DNA of 64,000 nucleotides from Raillietiella orientalis (taxonomy: Eukaryota), in assembly GCA_036172245.1 (NCBI GenBank), contig JAYWIR010000030.1:1922001-1986000 (forward strand), in the 5' to 3' direction. Below, piece after piece: positions 26,459 to 38,670 of the stretch; the first letter of the stretch is position 1, and every line of letters starts with the position of its first letter. Both the position numbers and the translations under genes were made by a program. The notes beneath the pieces were generated by a model, which searched no databases, was not told the DNA's origin, and worked only from the letters and a program-made list of their open reading frames with translations.

Positions 26459-27338
26459 ATTCGTTATCAATTCATCTGCAGCGCTTGGCATGCCCCGGAA
26501 AAATTCGTGTGGACAGCTCTTTCTAACAAACCATTAATGGCGCGGCCCCATTCGAACAGGAAATTGGCTAATGACTTTCTCCCGCGTTTAATCGTGGCCG
26601 ATGTTGAAATGGGGAGTCTGTAGTTTCATGCTATCGCACGAGAAGTACAGATGTTGGGTACTACTGAAGTACGCATGATGAGGGTTGGTGCAGTTGGCGA
26701 TATAGCTGAGCGGATTTTGTGGCGTTTTCGACAGACCCGCCTGTGAGCTATGGCGTGCTCGCGGGTAACTCAGATGAGGCCGAGGGAATCATTGGCTCGA
26801 GGTTGTCAAGTTGGCGGATAAACGCTAGAGAACTGGTGTCTTCTGCTAGTGATGACTCATGGATGGGGTGTCTTCTGATCTGCTTTCTCTGGGCGGGTTC
26901 GAACGCTGTGGGTAATTTGAACGACGACCGATGGGCTGCTGGTGACTTTCAGCCGAAGGCCAGGAGGAAAACGCTGAAATGGCCGACGTGCCTCCGCATA
27001 GCTGCACAAACATTCGTGTTAGGGGAGAATCCGCTCCCGTGAGAGCTGGCGCACCTGATCCAGAGTTGCGGGATCACCGCACGTACGTCTCCTAGGATGG
27101 AATAAGGGGAGCGAAACTCCCGCGCCCTCACCCGGACAAATTCTGTGGAGGCACGCATTCTAAAGAAATTCCGGAGCCTCAGCTGTGTTCCAATTGTTCA
27201 GGGAGCATCAAGAGGCTCAGTCTGCTTCAGCTTTGTCTGGAGGGGAGCCCTTAAAGAAACTGGCTCCTTGATTCTGAAGACGTAGCTACACAGCCGCCAA
27301 TGCAGACCGAGTGGATAAGTCTTCTTTTCCTTTATCCA

Positions 27339-27452
27339 GTCCACAGTATATATACAATATATACTGTGGACATACAATATTATGTATATATACAGTGGAC
27401 AGGATGAACAGAGGGAACGTATATATATATATATATATTGTCCCCTCTGTTT
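27339..27452. repeat. AT-rich compound palindrome with (TA)n
   Basis: GTCCACAGTATATA/TATATACTGTGGAC perfect 14-bp stem, a second complementary copy TGTATATATACAGTGGAC, and AACAGAGGG..(TA)n..CCCTCTGTT. Confidence 0.85.
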
Positions 27453-27679
27453 ACGAGCGAGTAGGCGTCCTCATGTTCACATGTGGCTCAAAGATACATT
27501 CTTCGAAATGACCTGACTTGGTTCTTCGCCATCCTCATTTCGAATGCTGCGGTCAGCAAGGTCTGAGTGCCGAGGCTCACGAATGGATCCTACTTAGCCC
27601 CCACAGCATTTCCAGGTCGGAAAGAAGTACAGTAAATGAAGGTCGGAACTTCCACACCCGCAGAGGAAGAAACGGGGCA

Positions 27680-27790
27680 ACACTACGCACCCATTTCTAG
27701 GAGTCCGTTGTTCCCCAGATGGAATTCGAACCCGCGACGTTTGGTGCCACGGGTGGAGGTCAGCGCGGGCCCACTAGTGTCACAAAGCTG
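27680..27790 (-). mobile_element. tRNA-derived SINE head (partial copy)
   Basis: - strand A-box-like TGACACTAGTGG and B-box GGTTCGAATTCC. Shares CGCACCCATTT..GGAATTCGAACCCGC with 38.6 kb. Confidence 0.5.
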
Positions 27791-30700
27791 TTCTGCGACT
27801 GCCCGCGAGTTCTCTAGCGCACCCCACTCCAGCAGCAATCCAATCTCGGCACGGCCACCAGGTCGACGAGATCCCTGACCCTTTGTATTCGACATCCTCC
27901 ACTGAATTCCTGGCACAGCACCGGTGGGATTTCCCTCTTCAAATGAGCCGTGGATGGGATCATCGCTGTGGATCGATGTCGAGGGAGGTGCACGAAGACC
28001 GCGGATTTCGTGCAGTCGAAGTTTGGGGGGAGGGAAAGGGAGGAAGGCGAAAAGTTGTTTTGTTCCCTGATTCTTTTATCCTAAATCCTTATCCTATTAA
28101 TATCCCCTTTTCTGAGCCCATCAACCTCTTATAAACATGCAGTACGAAACGGGCGGGGGAAGGACGCCCTTACGGCGCAGGGAACTTCGGAAAGCCGGAG
28201 AACACAGACGCCGATTCCCTCTCATGCGTAGGGGGAGGAACGGTCGAGTAGCCTCCCGCGGTCTCCAGCCTCAGAGTCGAACCTCCTCCTCTTGCTCCTC
28301 CTCCTCACGTGCGCGCAAGCTGCCTATCCGCGAGGAGCCGCGAGGACGCAACGGGTGGCATCCAGAATGCATCCGTCTGTTTCGAACTCCAAGGCGCCTT
28401 GCGTAGGAAACGGAACCTCCGGGAGGCCTCTGCATGTGCAGCCTCCCTGAGATGAGTTCGTCTTGTGAGCCATGCCTCTCCTTCTCCCTGCTGTCTTTGC
28501 TCCGTCCTTGCCTCTCCCCCCCCTGGAACCTCCGCTTTCGGATCTCTTAAAGGAGAAGAGCTGGAGCAGGAGAAACGGCCCATGACGGAACAACCTCCCT
28601 AAAAGCGGCATCCCTTCTTCGGAACGAGACGAGAAGGAAGGGACCAAAAAAAGTGGCAGACGGAGTTCCACTGGGAGAGGCATTTCAGTTTGCCGTTCCG
28701 AAAAGCGCAGAACCATCCGGGGGCCTCACTGAGAAAAGCATTTCTCCCTTGCCTCCTTCCCTCTTGCTCTTCAGTCGTGCGCAACTGCTGAGCCCTTCTC
28801 CTGCCTTTCTCCACTCGGCAAGCATCCCCCGCTGCCTTGGGGTGGAGGCACGGGGTACTCCTTTCCGGATGTGGCGTATTGCAGCAACGGGCATTCGATT
28901 GATCCGAGCAGGCGGAGAACGGTCATCCGGTCGGCGGCGGCGACGGCGCCTTCCTTTCCGCGTTTCCCGCATACCACCCAGCAGCGTAGGAGCAGCGACG
29001 ATCCCTCCTGGGGATCGCGCAAGAGGAACGTTTCCCTTCGGCTCTCCTTTTGAGGGCGAATGGGGCGCTTCTGTCAGGTTTACGCGGGAGGAGAACGAGA
29101 AGCGCGCGCGTCGCCGTCGCGCCGTCGGTCCTGGCTGCTGGCTCCCGATCGAATTGGCGGCGGCGAAGGGAGGAGAGGGAGGGAGCGCGTGACCGAGCCG
29201 GGAGATCCTTCCGGCATGGGGAGCAGAGATATTTGGACCACGCCAAGGGCCGAACAATCGTCGCCTGCATCCAGTCGGGCAGGTGCGCCGCGATCTCTTC
29301 GTCCTCCTTGGGGCGCCATGGGTTCCGGAATCCTCCCGCCGACACCTGGCTGCAGCATCCTCCGCGCGCGCGGGCGCAGCGCGCTATTCCTCCTTTGATC
29401 TTTTGCAGGGTTCCTCGCGGCTCCTCCGGAGTCGAGGCGGGAAAAAAAGTCGGAGCGAGGTCGATTGCCAAAAGGGGGAGTCAACTGATCAGACATCCCT
29501 CTCTTCCCATCCTGGAGCATCGAGGGGATCTCCTGAGCTGTTCCGTTTCGCGCGACCGGATCGCGGACGTCCGGAGTAACTACTCCTCTCTCGGAAAGAG
29601 GAGGGACTACCGGGTGCGCAAATCCCCCGGAGGAAGGTCGCCGAAGGGGCAAGCTAGAGCGCTCACCCTCGGCAGCGAGCAGGGACTCTCGGGGAAGCAA
29701 TAGGGAGAGGGCAACGGGAAGCGGAAGTGGACACTCTCCCTCCTCCTGGTATGGTGGGCCGAGACTCGCGCGCGGATCCGCCACCGACCTGCAGCGCAGC
29801 AGCAGCGGCGACGAGCCCACACTCCCCACGGTGGGACCCTCCGCTGCCCCAAGTGATGACCACTCACCAAGGATTCATTTGGAAGTGACTGGAGGCTTCG
29901 TCTCTGCTTCCCCCATTTTCGGGCACCCGGAGAATGTGACCATGGCGACAGGCGGAGGGCCCGCGGAATTTACATAACTCATTTGTCCGGGACAACGAAC
30001 GCCACTGCGATTGCGAGCGCGGGATGACCGTGAGATATCCGACTTCCGTGAAGTTCTCCTGTAGCGCGCGGCTATCGATCGAGACTGGCTCCCCGGGGGA
30101 AGGGCGCATGCCCGGAACGGAAGGCTCCCGCGAAGGCCGGTTGCGAAAGGGAGCAGCCGTGGATGACGGGCGCCACCGATCCGCGTTTCCGCCCCCTGCC
30201 TCCGCCCCCTGCCTCCGCCGCCGCCGCCGCTGATGCTTCCGCACGCGCAGGGAGCAGAGCCTCTCGCCCTCTCCCTTCCTCCAATCCCTCGAAAGGGGTC
30301 AGAGCTCAAAGGCCACCACGTTGGGAAGGAGAGAGGTGGTGGTGGCTGTTGGTCCCCTTCCTCCCTTCCAGCCCACCCGCGTCTCATGCCCCGGCGTTTG
30401 CAAGAGGCTCATCTCTCGGGCGCTCCTCAGCAGCCCGCGTCATCTCCTCTTCGGAAGGGGCGCAGAGCATTTGAGCGGATCCCGGAAGACCCCTTCCCTC
30501 ACCGGAACCCCGGGAACTGAGAGCTTCTGCTCCGGTGCTCGGAGAGGAGCGACAATCCTCAGAGGGACAAAGAGAAGCTCGCAGAGAGTCTTGCCGAGGA
30601 TCACGGAGGAGTCGCATATCGCTGTTCATCTACGTTCGACTCTTTTACCGGTACAGAGAATTTCCTGCAGCCACAGGACACGCATTCCTCCGGGGAACCT

Positions 30701-31349
30701 CCAGGATTCCTCCCGAGCGAAGTGCAACCGTGCGCAAACGAGGGCAAGCGCGCCCGCCGAGAGGGAACCAGCAGGAATCCTTTTTCGACGTCCCATGGCT
30801 CGATCTTCCCATGAGGGGAGCGGCTGGCAGAGGATTCATGGCGACCTACAGGAATCCACCCCCGAGGCGATTCTTCCTTGTCCTTCTTTTTTTTTTTTTT
30901 TTCTCCTCCAATGGGATTTCTGATTCCTTCGCAGTGGGCCTCTGAGGGCAAAGGTCAAACAGCGCACCCGGAAGCAAGGAGATTAGATACCCTCTCGATG
31001 ATGACGATGACAATGAGTTGTTTCTGCTGCAGTTGCCATTGTCGTCGTTGATGATGATGAAGTGAAGGAAGATGGAAGAGCGGCTGTGGTGGCAATGGTG
31101 GTGATGATGGCTAGGAGGAGGACGAGAAGGAGGACGGGAAGGAGGACGAGAGAGAGGTCGTCGAAGTCTGACCGTGGTGATGGTGGTGAGGACGAGGGAA
31201 AGGCAAGCAAAAGAAAAAAGAGGAGGAATGATGACAGAGTCGGTGATGCTGGTAGGTGGTGGGTTTCCAACTAGCAATAATCGCGCCTCTCTTTCGTTCA
31301 GCGGCGGCGATACTGTCCGTGAGCAAGGTTAGGTGAGCAAGGTGGTAGG

Positions 31350-33760
31350 TGGTGGGCAGGAGACACTTCCCAAGGAATTGCCACTCAGGGTCCGCGCCCT
31401 CGATCTCGCCCTCGCCTCCCTGTGCTTTGGACAGGAGACCTCGGAAGCGCTTCCGCCTCCTTGCGACGATCAGCTCTGAGGACTTCTGCAAACAAAGAAA
31501 GACAGCGAACGCAGAGGGAACTCCGTTTCACCTTTCGTGGGGGAACGTAGGGGAGGGAAAATCCGTCACCACTTTGGTCCTCATGATGATCTTTGTTTGC
31601 ACAGCACCCTCTTGCCACTCTTGGGCGTTGGTGAAGGGGTCTACCCAACTGAGGAAGGGGGCGTTTCTTCCTTTTCAGGCAAGCCGCCTTCTTCCTCGTC
31701 ATGCCACACTCCGTGGAAAAAATTCTCCACCCTCCTCCTCCCCATCATGCATTCGTCCATCCCTCCTCCTCTCCTTGACTCACCTATCAAATCTTTGCGT
31801 CGTGGAACAAGATCCCTAGAAAAGAGCCCAGGAGCTGCTCCAAAAAGTGAGATCTGGGAAGGAGTTCCTCCCCCTTCTCCTTCCGTTCTCCCTGGCAAGA
31901 GAGAGTGCTCACAAGTGGCCGCGTTAGAAGGTTGTGGGTCTACCCGTTTCGTCCTCCTCCCCTCTCTCCCCGAGGATGCCGGTAGCGACCCTGTCTACCG
32001 TTCAGGTGCCTCTCCCCATTCATGCCCTTCTCCTCGGTTCCGTGCATGAGAACTTCCTTGCGTTTCTCTGAACCATGACTTCGCAGCATCCTCGTGACTC
32101 GATCTCTTGCTGAGTCTCTTGCCTGGGGCAGTTGTGAGGCAACTCCTCTTTCTCGCTGCTGTCCCGGAAGAGGAAAAATCTGCCCGCCTCCTGCAGACTC
32201 CGAAGCCGCGCGACCAGGCTCTCAGTTGCCCCAGTCACCCTTTGCGCCGCCGCCCCAGCAGTAAAATCCTGACACCACACGTCGGAACTGCCGAACACTC
32301 CCTGGGGTCCGCGCCTGAAATTCCCTATCCCGGAAGATTTTCTCTCCTCTGCTCGGCAGTAGCCGCCATGAGCTCCGCCCTCTCCTCATCCTCAGACGCT
32401 CTTGTCCCTCCATACGGACTCATGGAGCCTCTTCGAACTGCTGCCTCAGAAAAGAAGGGGAAAAGAGGAATCCGTGGACCATCTCGCGCTTCCTGTCATC
32501 TCCAATGACCACCCCTCGCTCCTCGCATCCTTCGACAGCTCGCGAAAAAAAAATCTTTTTCGTTAGCCGTCGACCCCTGCTCTCTTGCCACGTGGGAGGG
32601 CTGGATCTGACTTCCTCTTTACCAAGAAGCAAGCGAGAATAGGAAATATCTCCACGGGAGAGAAAACGCCGCTGCGCCAGATCCTCCAACCGTTTTTTCC
32701 GACACTTTTCAGCCACTTCCTTGAACTGACGCGGAACACGTCCCTCCGCACTCCGAGCCATGTCCCGTCCAATTTCGGCGACATTCCTGGTGTAACTGCC
32801 CGGTGCCGGATTTGTTCTTCCCCATCTGGTCCCCAGCAACTGCATTCAAAACGTTCTCAGAGCTCACCCGCAGACATCTGGGTCAACGGACAAGAAGCGT
32901 AGCGTTCGTTTCGCCGCCGGATGAAGATCTTCCTTAAAGGTTCCCGTGAGCGGGTTCCCTGAACGGGGAGTGCCTATGGGTTCGTTCCTCACAAGGAAAG
33001 TCTGGTCCATCCAGCTGATGAAGTCGCAGAACTGCACCTGCATGACAGAGACAGGAAACAAGCTTTTGTTTTTCCAAGAGGGTAGCGGTACGGGAATCTT
33101 TGCTGCATCTTTGCTTCCTGCCCTCCTTTTTTGTTTACCTCGGAGTCTGCTGGGAGCATCTCCAGGTGACTAGTCAAATGCGGCGAGTCCTGTGGGACCT
33201 TTCTAGACCTTAGGTGCTACTGAAGGACTTGGTTCCCCATATCTAGGATGCGGAAGTGAAGTCAATGAACGGCTGCAGATGAAAACACGTCCCGGGTTTG
33301 GCCCTCACGATGAACACTCTCCAGCGTCCACCCCGCACAACTTCTTGAGGAATGCAATGAGCTTTAAAGGTTGCTCTCAGGCCGCAGGCGGGGCTAAGGA
33401 CTTTCCCACCAGATCCACACATTTGAGCCAGTTCCGGCGCATCACGACTGAATAGAAAGCCACTCTCTTAGCAGAAGCATATGGCTCCAGGGACACTCGA
33501 AACATGGAGACTCCCGGAAAATCCCTCTCTGCCAAACAACCTGCCTCGCAATGCCTGGAGAAATTTTCCCTCCGCGAGATATTGGACGATGCTCACCCGT
33601 TTCTCAGGAACTAAAGAGCATTCTAGAGTTCATGAGTCACCTACCGAATCCATAGGAGGAGGAAGCGGTGAATACTTCCGTAGCATGAAAAGTGACCTGC
33701 CGGTTCACGGGGCTATCAAGACCATCACTCAATGAAAAACATCTCGGAGAAGTTGAAATT
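31350..33760 (-). mobile_element. Decayed non-LTR ORF2 remnants (probably two different elements)
   Basis: SEDEERAELMAA (~32390; cf. EKAE), EWQEGAV and LCLQKSSELIVARR (~31620-31455; cf. WKxAxV and LxKxxExIIxxRL). The L1-like post-RT segment ILNWNFNFSE is at ~33770. Confidence 0.4.
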
Positions 33761-34907
33761 CCAGTTCAGGATGATAGTCTTGACCGCCGAGAACTGGATA
33801 CGGCATTGGCGCCTGCCTGAGAGCGAAATCCTGAAAATCGCACGTTTGCTATTGGGAGGCAATGGCGCCTCTGCCACCTCGCAACCAAGACCGCATGAAG
33901 CCGGCTGGGCAGATCGCTTACCTGCCGAAAGCACCGGAGTCAGATCCCACTCTGTCCAGCGAACGGCGACGCCTCGTAGCCACAGATAGATCCGCATCTC
34001 GCTCACTGGCGCAGAGTCGACACGCCCGTCCGCAACCTGGGAGCACCCTTCCCTTTGAGGAAGCGGAAAGGGACCGGAAGAAGTGGGTCCGAGTCGCCAC
34101 CGCCACCCCGCCGGCTGCAGCTCTGCGGAAAGGAAACGACGGTTACCAGCAGGCAGGGTGGGCGTGACCTCGTGGCAGGAGCCACGGAACCGGTGAGCCG
34201 GTACGAGACGGACCAGTTGGATGACGCGCCGCCGAAGAACTGCTCTGGTTGGGCAGAACGCCCGGAGACGATGACGCCGTCGAAGGCTCTGTGATCCCTC
34301 TCACTGCCTGAGCAGCTCCGTGCTCCCACTCGGATGGCAGCACGCAGAGGCTTTGTTGTTGACTCGCTGGGGCTCCTCGCGCACCCGGCAGCAGCATCGC
34401 TGGACGGAGGGGGGGAAGCGACGACCTTCGGCACGGGCTTGCAGGCGCCTCGCGGTCCTGCCTGACTTCGGCGCTCCGAAAGAGCTGCTGCGGCGCTGCC
34501 CCCCCCTTGCCGGCGCGGCTTTCATCGCTTCCCGGACCGATGCCGCAGTCTGGCACCGCGCTCGGGAACGCTAAGGAGGTGCGCGCCTGCAAGGAAGAAG
34601 GACCGGATGCCTCGACTCCGCAGTCGCGGGGAATGTGGCGAAACGCTCTCTGGAGGATGCGCCAGAAGGAGGGAGAAGGCCGTCTGCATCGCACGTAGGA
34701 GCTGCAGAAGACGCGGCGGGTGGGACCGGTGACCGCCGCCGACTGACTTGCTGCCTCCCCAGAGGTTCCTGCGTAGCCGCTCTGAGAGTCGGTAGTTTTC
34801 CTTCTCTCGTTTTCCTCCTTCCTTTGGAATTTCCGTAGGCCCGTGGATTTACCAGCCCTCGGCTCCCGTTCATTTTCTTTGTATCGGAAGAGAAAGGCAC
34901 CCAAGCA
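33760..34907. repeat. 1.15-kb direct duplication, copy A (copy B at 50592-51739)
   Basis: Constant offset of 16832 bp with no indel. Only a GG/AA dinucleotide difference internally (34070-34071) and two mismatches at the left edge. The ORF translations supplied are otherwise identical. Confidence 0.98.
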
Positions 34908-35619
34908 GTCAGGTGGAAGTGGAAAATGGCTCGGCTGGCAAACGAAACCACGCCGAAAGATTTGGCCAAAGATCCGTCTAGGCATTGCCAGTGGAAACTT
35001 AAAGATTTCCTGCTTCTTGATGGATGCCTGTGTCTTTCTCTTCTTTACCACTTTCTAGACTTCCATCTTGCTGGTGTACTGGACTCTTCCGCGTAATAAA
35101 GAGTGTCCCCACCCCTTTGGCAAGGAGAGTCTCCAGGTTATGCATCCACTTTGAGATAGTGGGGACTCTGCAGCACGTGCTGCTGGCATGCTGAAGGCTG
35201 GGGCAGGGATAGAAGCGTGTCGTCCAGTCACCCGAGTCTTCCCCAATGCCAAGCCGCGGGATCTACCCAGAGGAACGTTCACTTTCCCAAGGCTTCTTGT
35301 GTCTTCTTTCTGGCGACTTTCCTTTGCATGAGAGAAGCGGCAGAATGATGTCAGCTGGAATACACGGTGCAAGGGAGCCTTCGGGCGATTGACCCGACAC
35401 CAGTGAGCTCACTAGCTCACCCTCCCCTCTTCTAACTGACGCAGGTAATTGGTAGACATGCTGAGTACCGCAGGGATGGGCCATCCAACTACCTATTTAT
35501 TGATTTATTTGTGGTTTCTCCTTCCCCTCCCTATACTCTTCCCTAGTTTGTCCCCAGTAAGAGTAGACCTTTTGGGTACGAACAGGATTCCGTACCCAAA
35601 AGGAAGGACACGTCGCGGT

Positions 35620-36600
35620 CCTCGTCATTGAGGCTGCTACGTGGAAGACTTTCTGTGGATGCTAATGCCAAAACATCAATACGTGGCTGGCCGTCACGAT
35701 AGTGAGGGCGCAACACGACGTCGCAACCAGAGCACCATTCAGAAGAATCTCCTGAAGAATCTCCTCAGCGATTCTCTCGAGGCATCATCTGGATGAGTAC
35801 ATCTCCTCCAAAGCCCACCATATGCCATCTGCAGTTGCAGGAGTGATTTGATCGTCCCGTATCTGGAACGGTTAGGGGATGCGTTTTCTTTGGAAATGAA
35901 GTGAACCAGAGTCCTCAGCGAAGAGAAAGAACTACGGCGTGCTTCTGTGGGATAGAGAACAGCGAAGTGTCCAAACACAAGGAAAGGATCACAAGTTCTT
36001 CAGGGGTCACTTCGAAGTTAGGCAACCGAAACAGTCGCTTGGCTGGAGAAGTCGCATCGACCATCTCACTCGTCTCCCAGAAGCCTTAGAGCACCGCGAC
36101 TCTCGCATTGGTGCACAAACTCCATCCCGCATCCTTGACAACCGCTGTCACTTGTTAGAAGAAAGACGGCATCACTTTTAGGGGTATAGTGGCTACTTGA
36201 GAGTATTCTGTCTACCTCGAGGTGCACAGCCATGAAGGATCACAGGATACGAAGAGGTTAGGTCTAATGGCAGCACTTCCAAGAATATTACCTAGGTTTC
36301 TACTGCCTCCTGCCTCCATGCACTGAAGTCCTCCAAGAAGCAAAAAATCCAGCAGTGTTCCTCGATCATTGAGGCCATTTGTCTCGAGAAATAACCGTAT
36401 GCCTACATCCTTGAATGCTGCACGGAGAGTGGAAGAGAATCCTCCAATTCCGACCCTGTGCCATAGGATGCGCCCAGCTGGAAGAAGTGCACAATTTGGC
36501 GCCGGATGGCCAGTCTCCAAAACTGCGAGCGCAGTTCAATCCTGACTATCGGAGGAAGGTCCACTCCTGCTTCTCGACGCGACTCCACCAACTTCTCCAG
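35620..36600 (+). mobile_element. Decayed Ty1/copia-like RT-RNase H remnant
   Basis: Ordered motifs GCYVEDFLW (~35632; cf. HVDDFLW), LRS*ATETVAWLEKSHRP (~36010; cf. LRSxIGxLxWLxxxTRPD) and RSKK/IQQCSSIIEAI (~36336; cf. WxSKKIxRVVxSxLAAE). Confidence 0.45.
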
Positions 36601-38159
36601 TTTGCAGGTCCCCATAGGGCTTTTCTCAGCAGACTCTGAGTCTGGATCCTCAACGTGTAAGGAGACAAAAGCACGAGGATGGTCGGAGGATGGGCGCAAC
36701 AGAAGTGTTCCAGGGACCGTCCCTCGATGGCAAGCTTCTCCTCCAGCTTGGGCAACTCGCCATCGAGGGACGGTCCAAGAGCCATCTTCGTCTTTCGAAG
36801 GCAGCCGGATCACGTTTCTCCTTAGTAGAAGTTCCTCAATGGCACCATAAGGCACGTGAAGTAGTTGCCTGTGAGGGACCTCAGGGTGGACCCAGTCCGT
36901 CTGTCTTCTCCCACCACGACACAGCAACAGGGACGACCATGGATCTCGTGCCGTCAGCGCAAATGCTCGCTCCCCGACGGAACAGCTCAAAGAACGTCTC
37001 GAGCGACGCTGCTTAGTCCTCCATGGCTAAGATGTGAGGGCGGGAGCACGGTGAGCTAGCCAGAGTCAGTCTCAGCATCAACTTGAGGATGCTGAAGAGC
37101 ATAGGGTTGAGGATGCCGCCTTGCCTCTAACCGCAGGTACGCCGTGCACCTCGCAGCCGCTGAAAACCATTCATCACATGGCCGCCAGCTGGCGCACCAG
37201 CGGATGTGCTGGGAGTTCCTCCGCGCGGGAACTCACTTCGGCATGCACTGGAGAGGATGAGCAGGCTCCATATCTTAAAGGGAGAGAAAATGTGATGAAG
37301 ACCGGGAGCGGAACTCTTGGATCGAGACCTTGAGACGATCGCAGATGTCGAGCTCTTCCGTTCCGACTGCTGCTTCGAATTCCCCACGACTGCTAGAGCC
37401 ATGCTGGACCGAGTCGTTCCGTTTCGGATGCCCAACCGAAATGCTCACGCTATCCTCAGGGTGTTCATGAAACGCGCTCATCACCCGAGTCCTCAGCGTA
37501 GCGGATATCGGAAGCGACCACCAGGTGTCGCGTCTGCCGCCGACACGTCCGAGGGACGTGCGAGTTTCTGAGGAGCGCACCACCTCCCGTTTCTCACGGA
37601 GACGACGCTTGAATGCACCAGGTTAGGGCTCGTCCCCGAAGATGAATCTTCCGTAGGGGTGATCCTGCGCTCCGCTAATCAAGTGGCGGAAAGCAACCCC
37701 GCATGTTTTTTGCTCCTGAGGGTTTGTGCTTTTCCTGCCTCCCCGAGCTTTCCGAGCTATCCTCAGCCCCCAGATATCACGCCCTGCCTCTCACGCTGCT
37801 TTCCTGCCACCAGATGGCTCAGTCAGTCTTTCAGCAGCCACTGGACGCTTAATGGAAAGTCTCCTCCCTGGGAAGGTAAGCTCTACCTCGGAAGGGTCAG
37901 CTGCAGTCCTTCTGCCCTTCCCACCTGCGAGCACGGATCAAAGTGATCAGCGGAGTCCTGCATCCCTGGTTTGCCCTTCAACAAGCTGCTGGCATGCAAG
38001 CGCTCTAGCCACTCACTCACCTGCAGCCGCTGGCGTCCACCTGATCCTCCTTTGACAGTGCTTTTTTATTTCTTGTTGGTTCTCTAGGTGCTCAAGAACT
38101 AGGGGTTCACGAAACTCTTTGGACACCGTCCACTCCATCCGAGGGTGCGGTTATTCTTT

Positions 38160-38670
38160 GAGTTGGGGGATACCCCTGGAGGGGACCACCTTATGAATCC
38201 AGGAAAGGTTCCGGTGGAACAAGTCCGTTCCTCTCACGTTTGGCAGGGAACTCCGAATGAAACCACCTCTTACTTATTTTCTCCGGAAAAACTCCCGGTT
38301 TGTGAGGGCTGACCTCGAATGGCCCCAGAGTGTCAACCCCAGCTCTGACACACTGGAGAGGCAACTAACCGAAGAGAGTGCCAACCACCTCTATGGTACG
38401 CAATAGAGGATCTCCCCCAGGATCCATTCTCGAGAAAAACCGGTTTTGTGACTCCTAGAAGGACCCCGAAGGGTCAACTTCCAATCCCAGTCAGTCAACG
38501 GAGGCATCCGATTTTCAGCTTTCATCAGTACCGTACCCGAAGCCAACCAGCGTAATCCTGATGGGGGACTCGAAACCCACGACGCACCCATTTTTCGGGG
38601 TTCGATCTTTCACTTGGGAATTCGAACCCGCAACGCTTTGGTACCATGGAGCCACGAGATCGCCAACTCG
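38160..38670 (-). mobile_element. tRNA-derived SINE-like element, ~500 bp
   Basis: B-box GGGTTCGAATTCCC at ~38616-38629 on the - strand. The body aligns colinearly with 43305-43720 plus 44639-44850. Confidence 0.65.

Larger units (their letters stand above)
20750..27300 (+). mobile_element. Outer decayed L1/Tx1-like LINE ORF2, split by a 5-kb nested insertion
   Basis: Left part: MALAPGKGPGK (~20809; cf. GKSPGPDG) and IAAVDHMKSS (~21311; cf. LDxxKAFD). Removing 21416-26473 rejoins ELGCGPRSTAYSLSI|HLQRLACPGKIRVDSSF (cf. GFGPxF..LY..VxVNG). Right part continues to LKWPTCLRIAAQTFVL (~26974; cf. WxxLSLxGR). Confidence 0.55.

Noticed and set aside
27700..27790. Functional tRNA gene
   Set aside because: Pol III boxes are present but there is no closed cloverleaf. 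Treated as a SINE head.
28100..31300. Long overlapping Arg/Pro/Ser/Gly-rich ORFs (also 19-20.9, 34.1-35, 55.5-57.5 kb)
   Set aside because: Expected in high-GC DNA. Low-complexity translations occur in several frames with no domain motifs.
38555..38610. Hammerhead-like core CTGATGG..GAAAC..TC (also ~44764-44810)
   Set aside because: A9 is G in both copies, there is an extra base at the cleavage triplet, and stem I is only 3 bp. It is better explained as the reverse complement of tRNA B-boxes.
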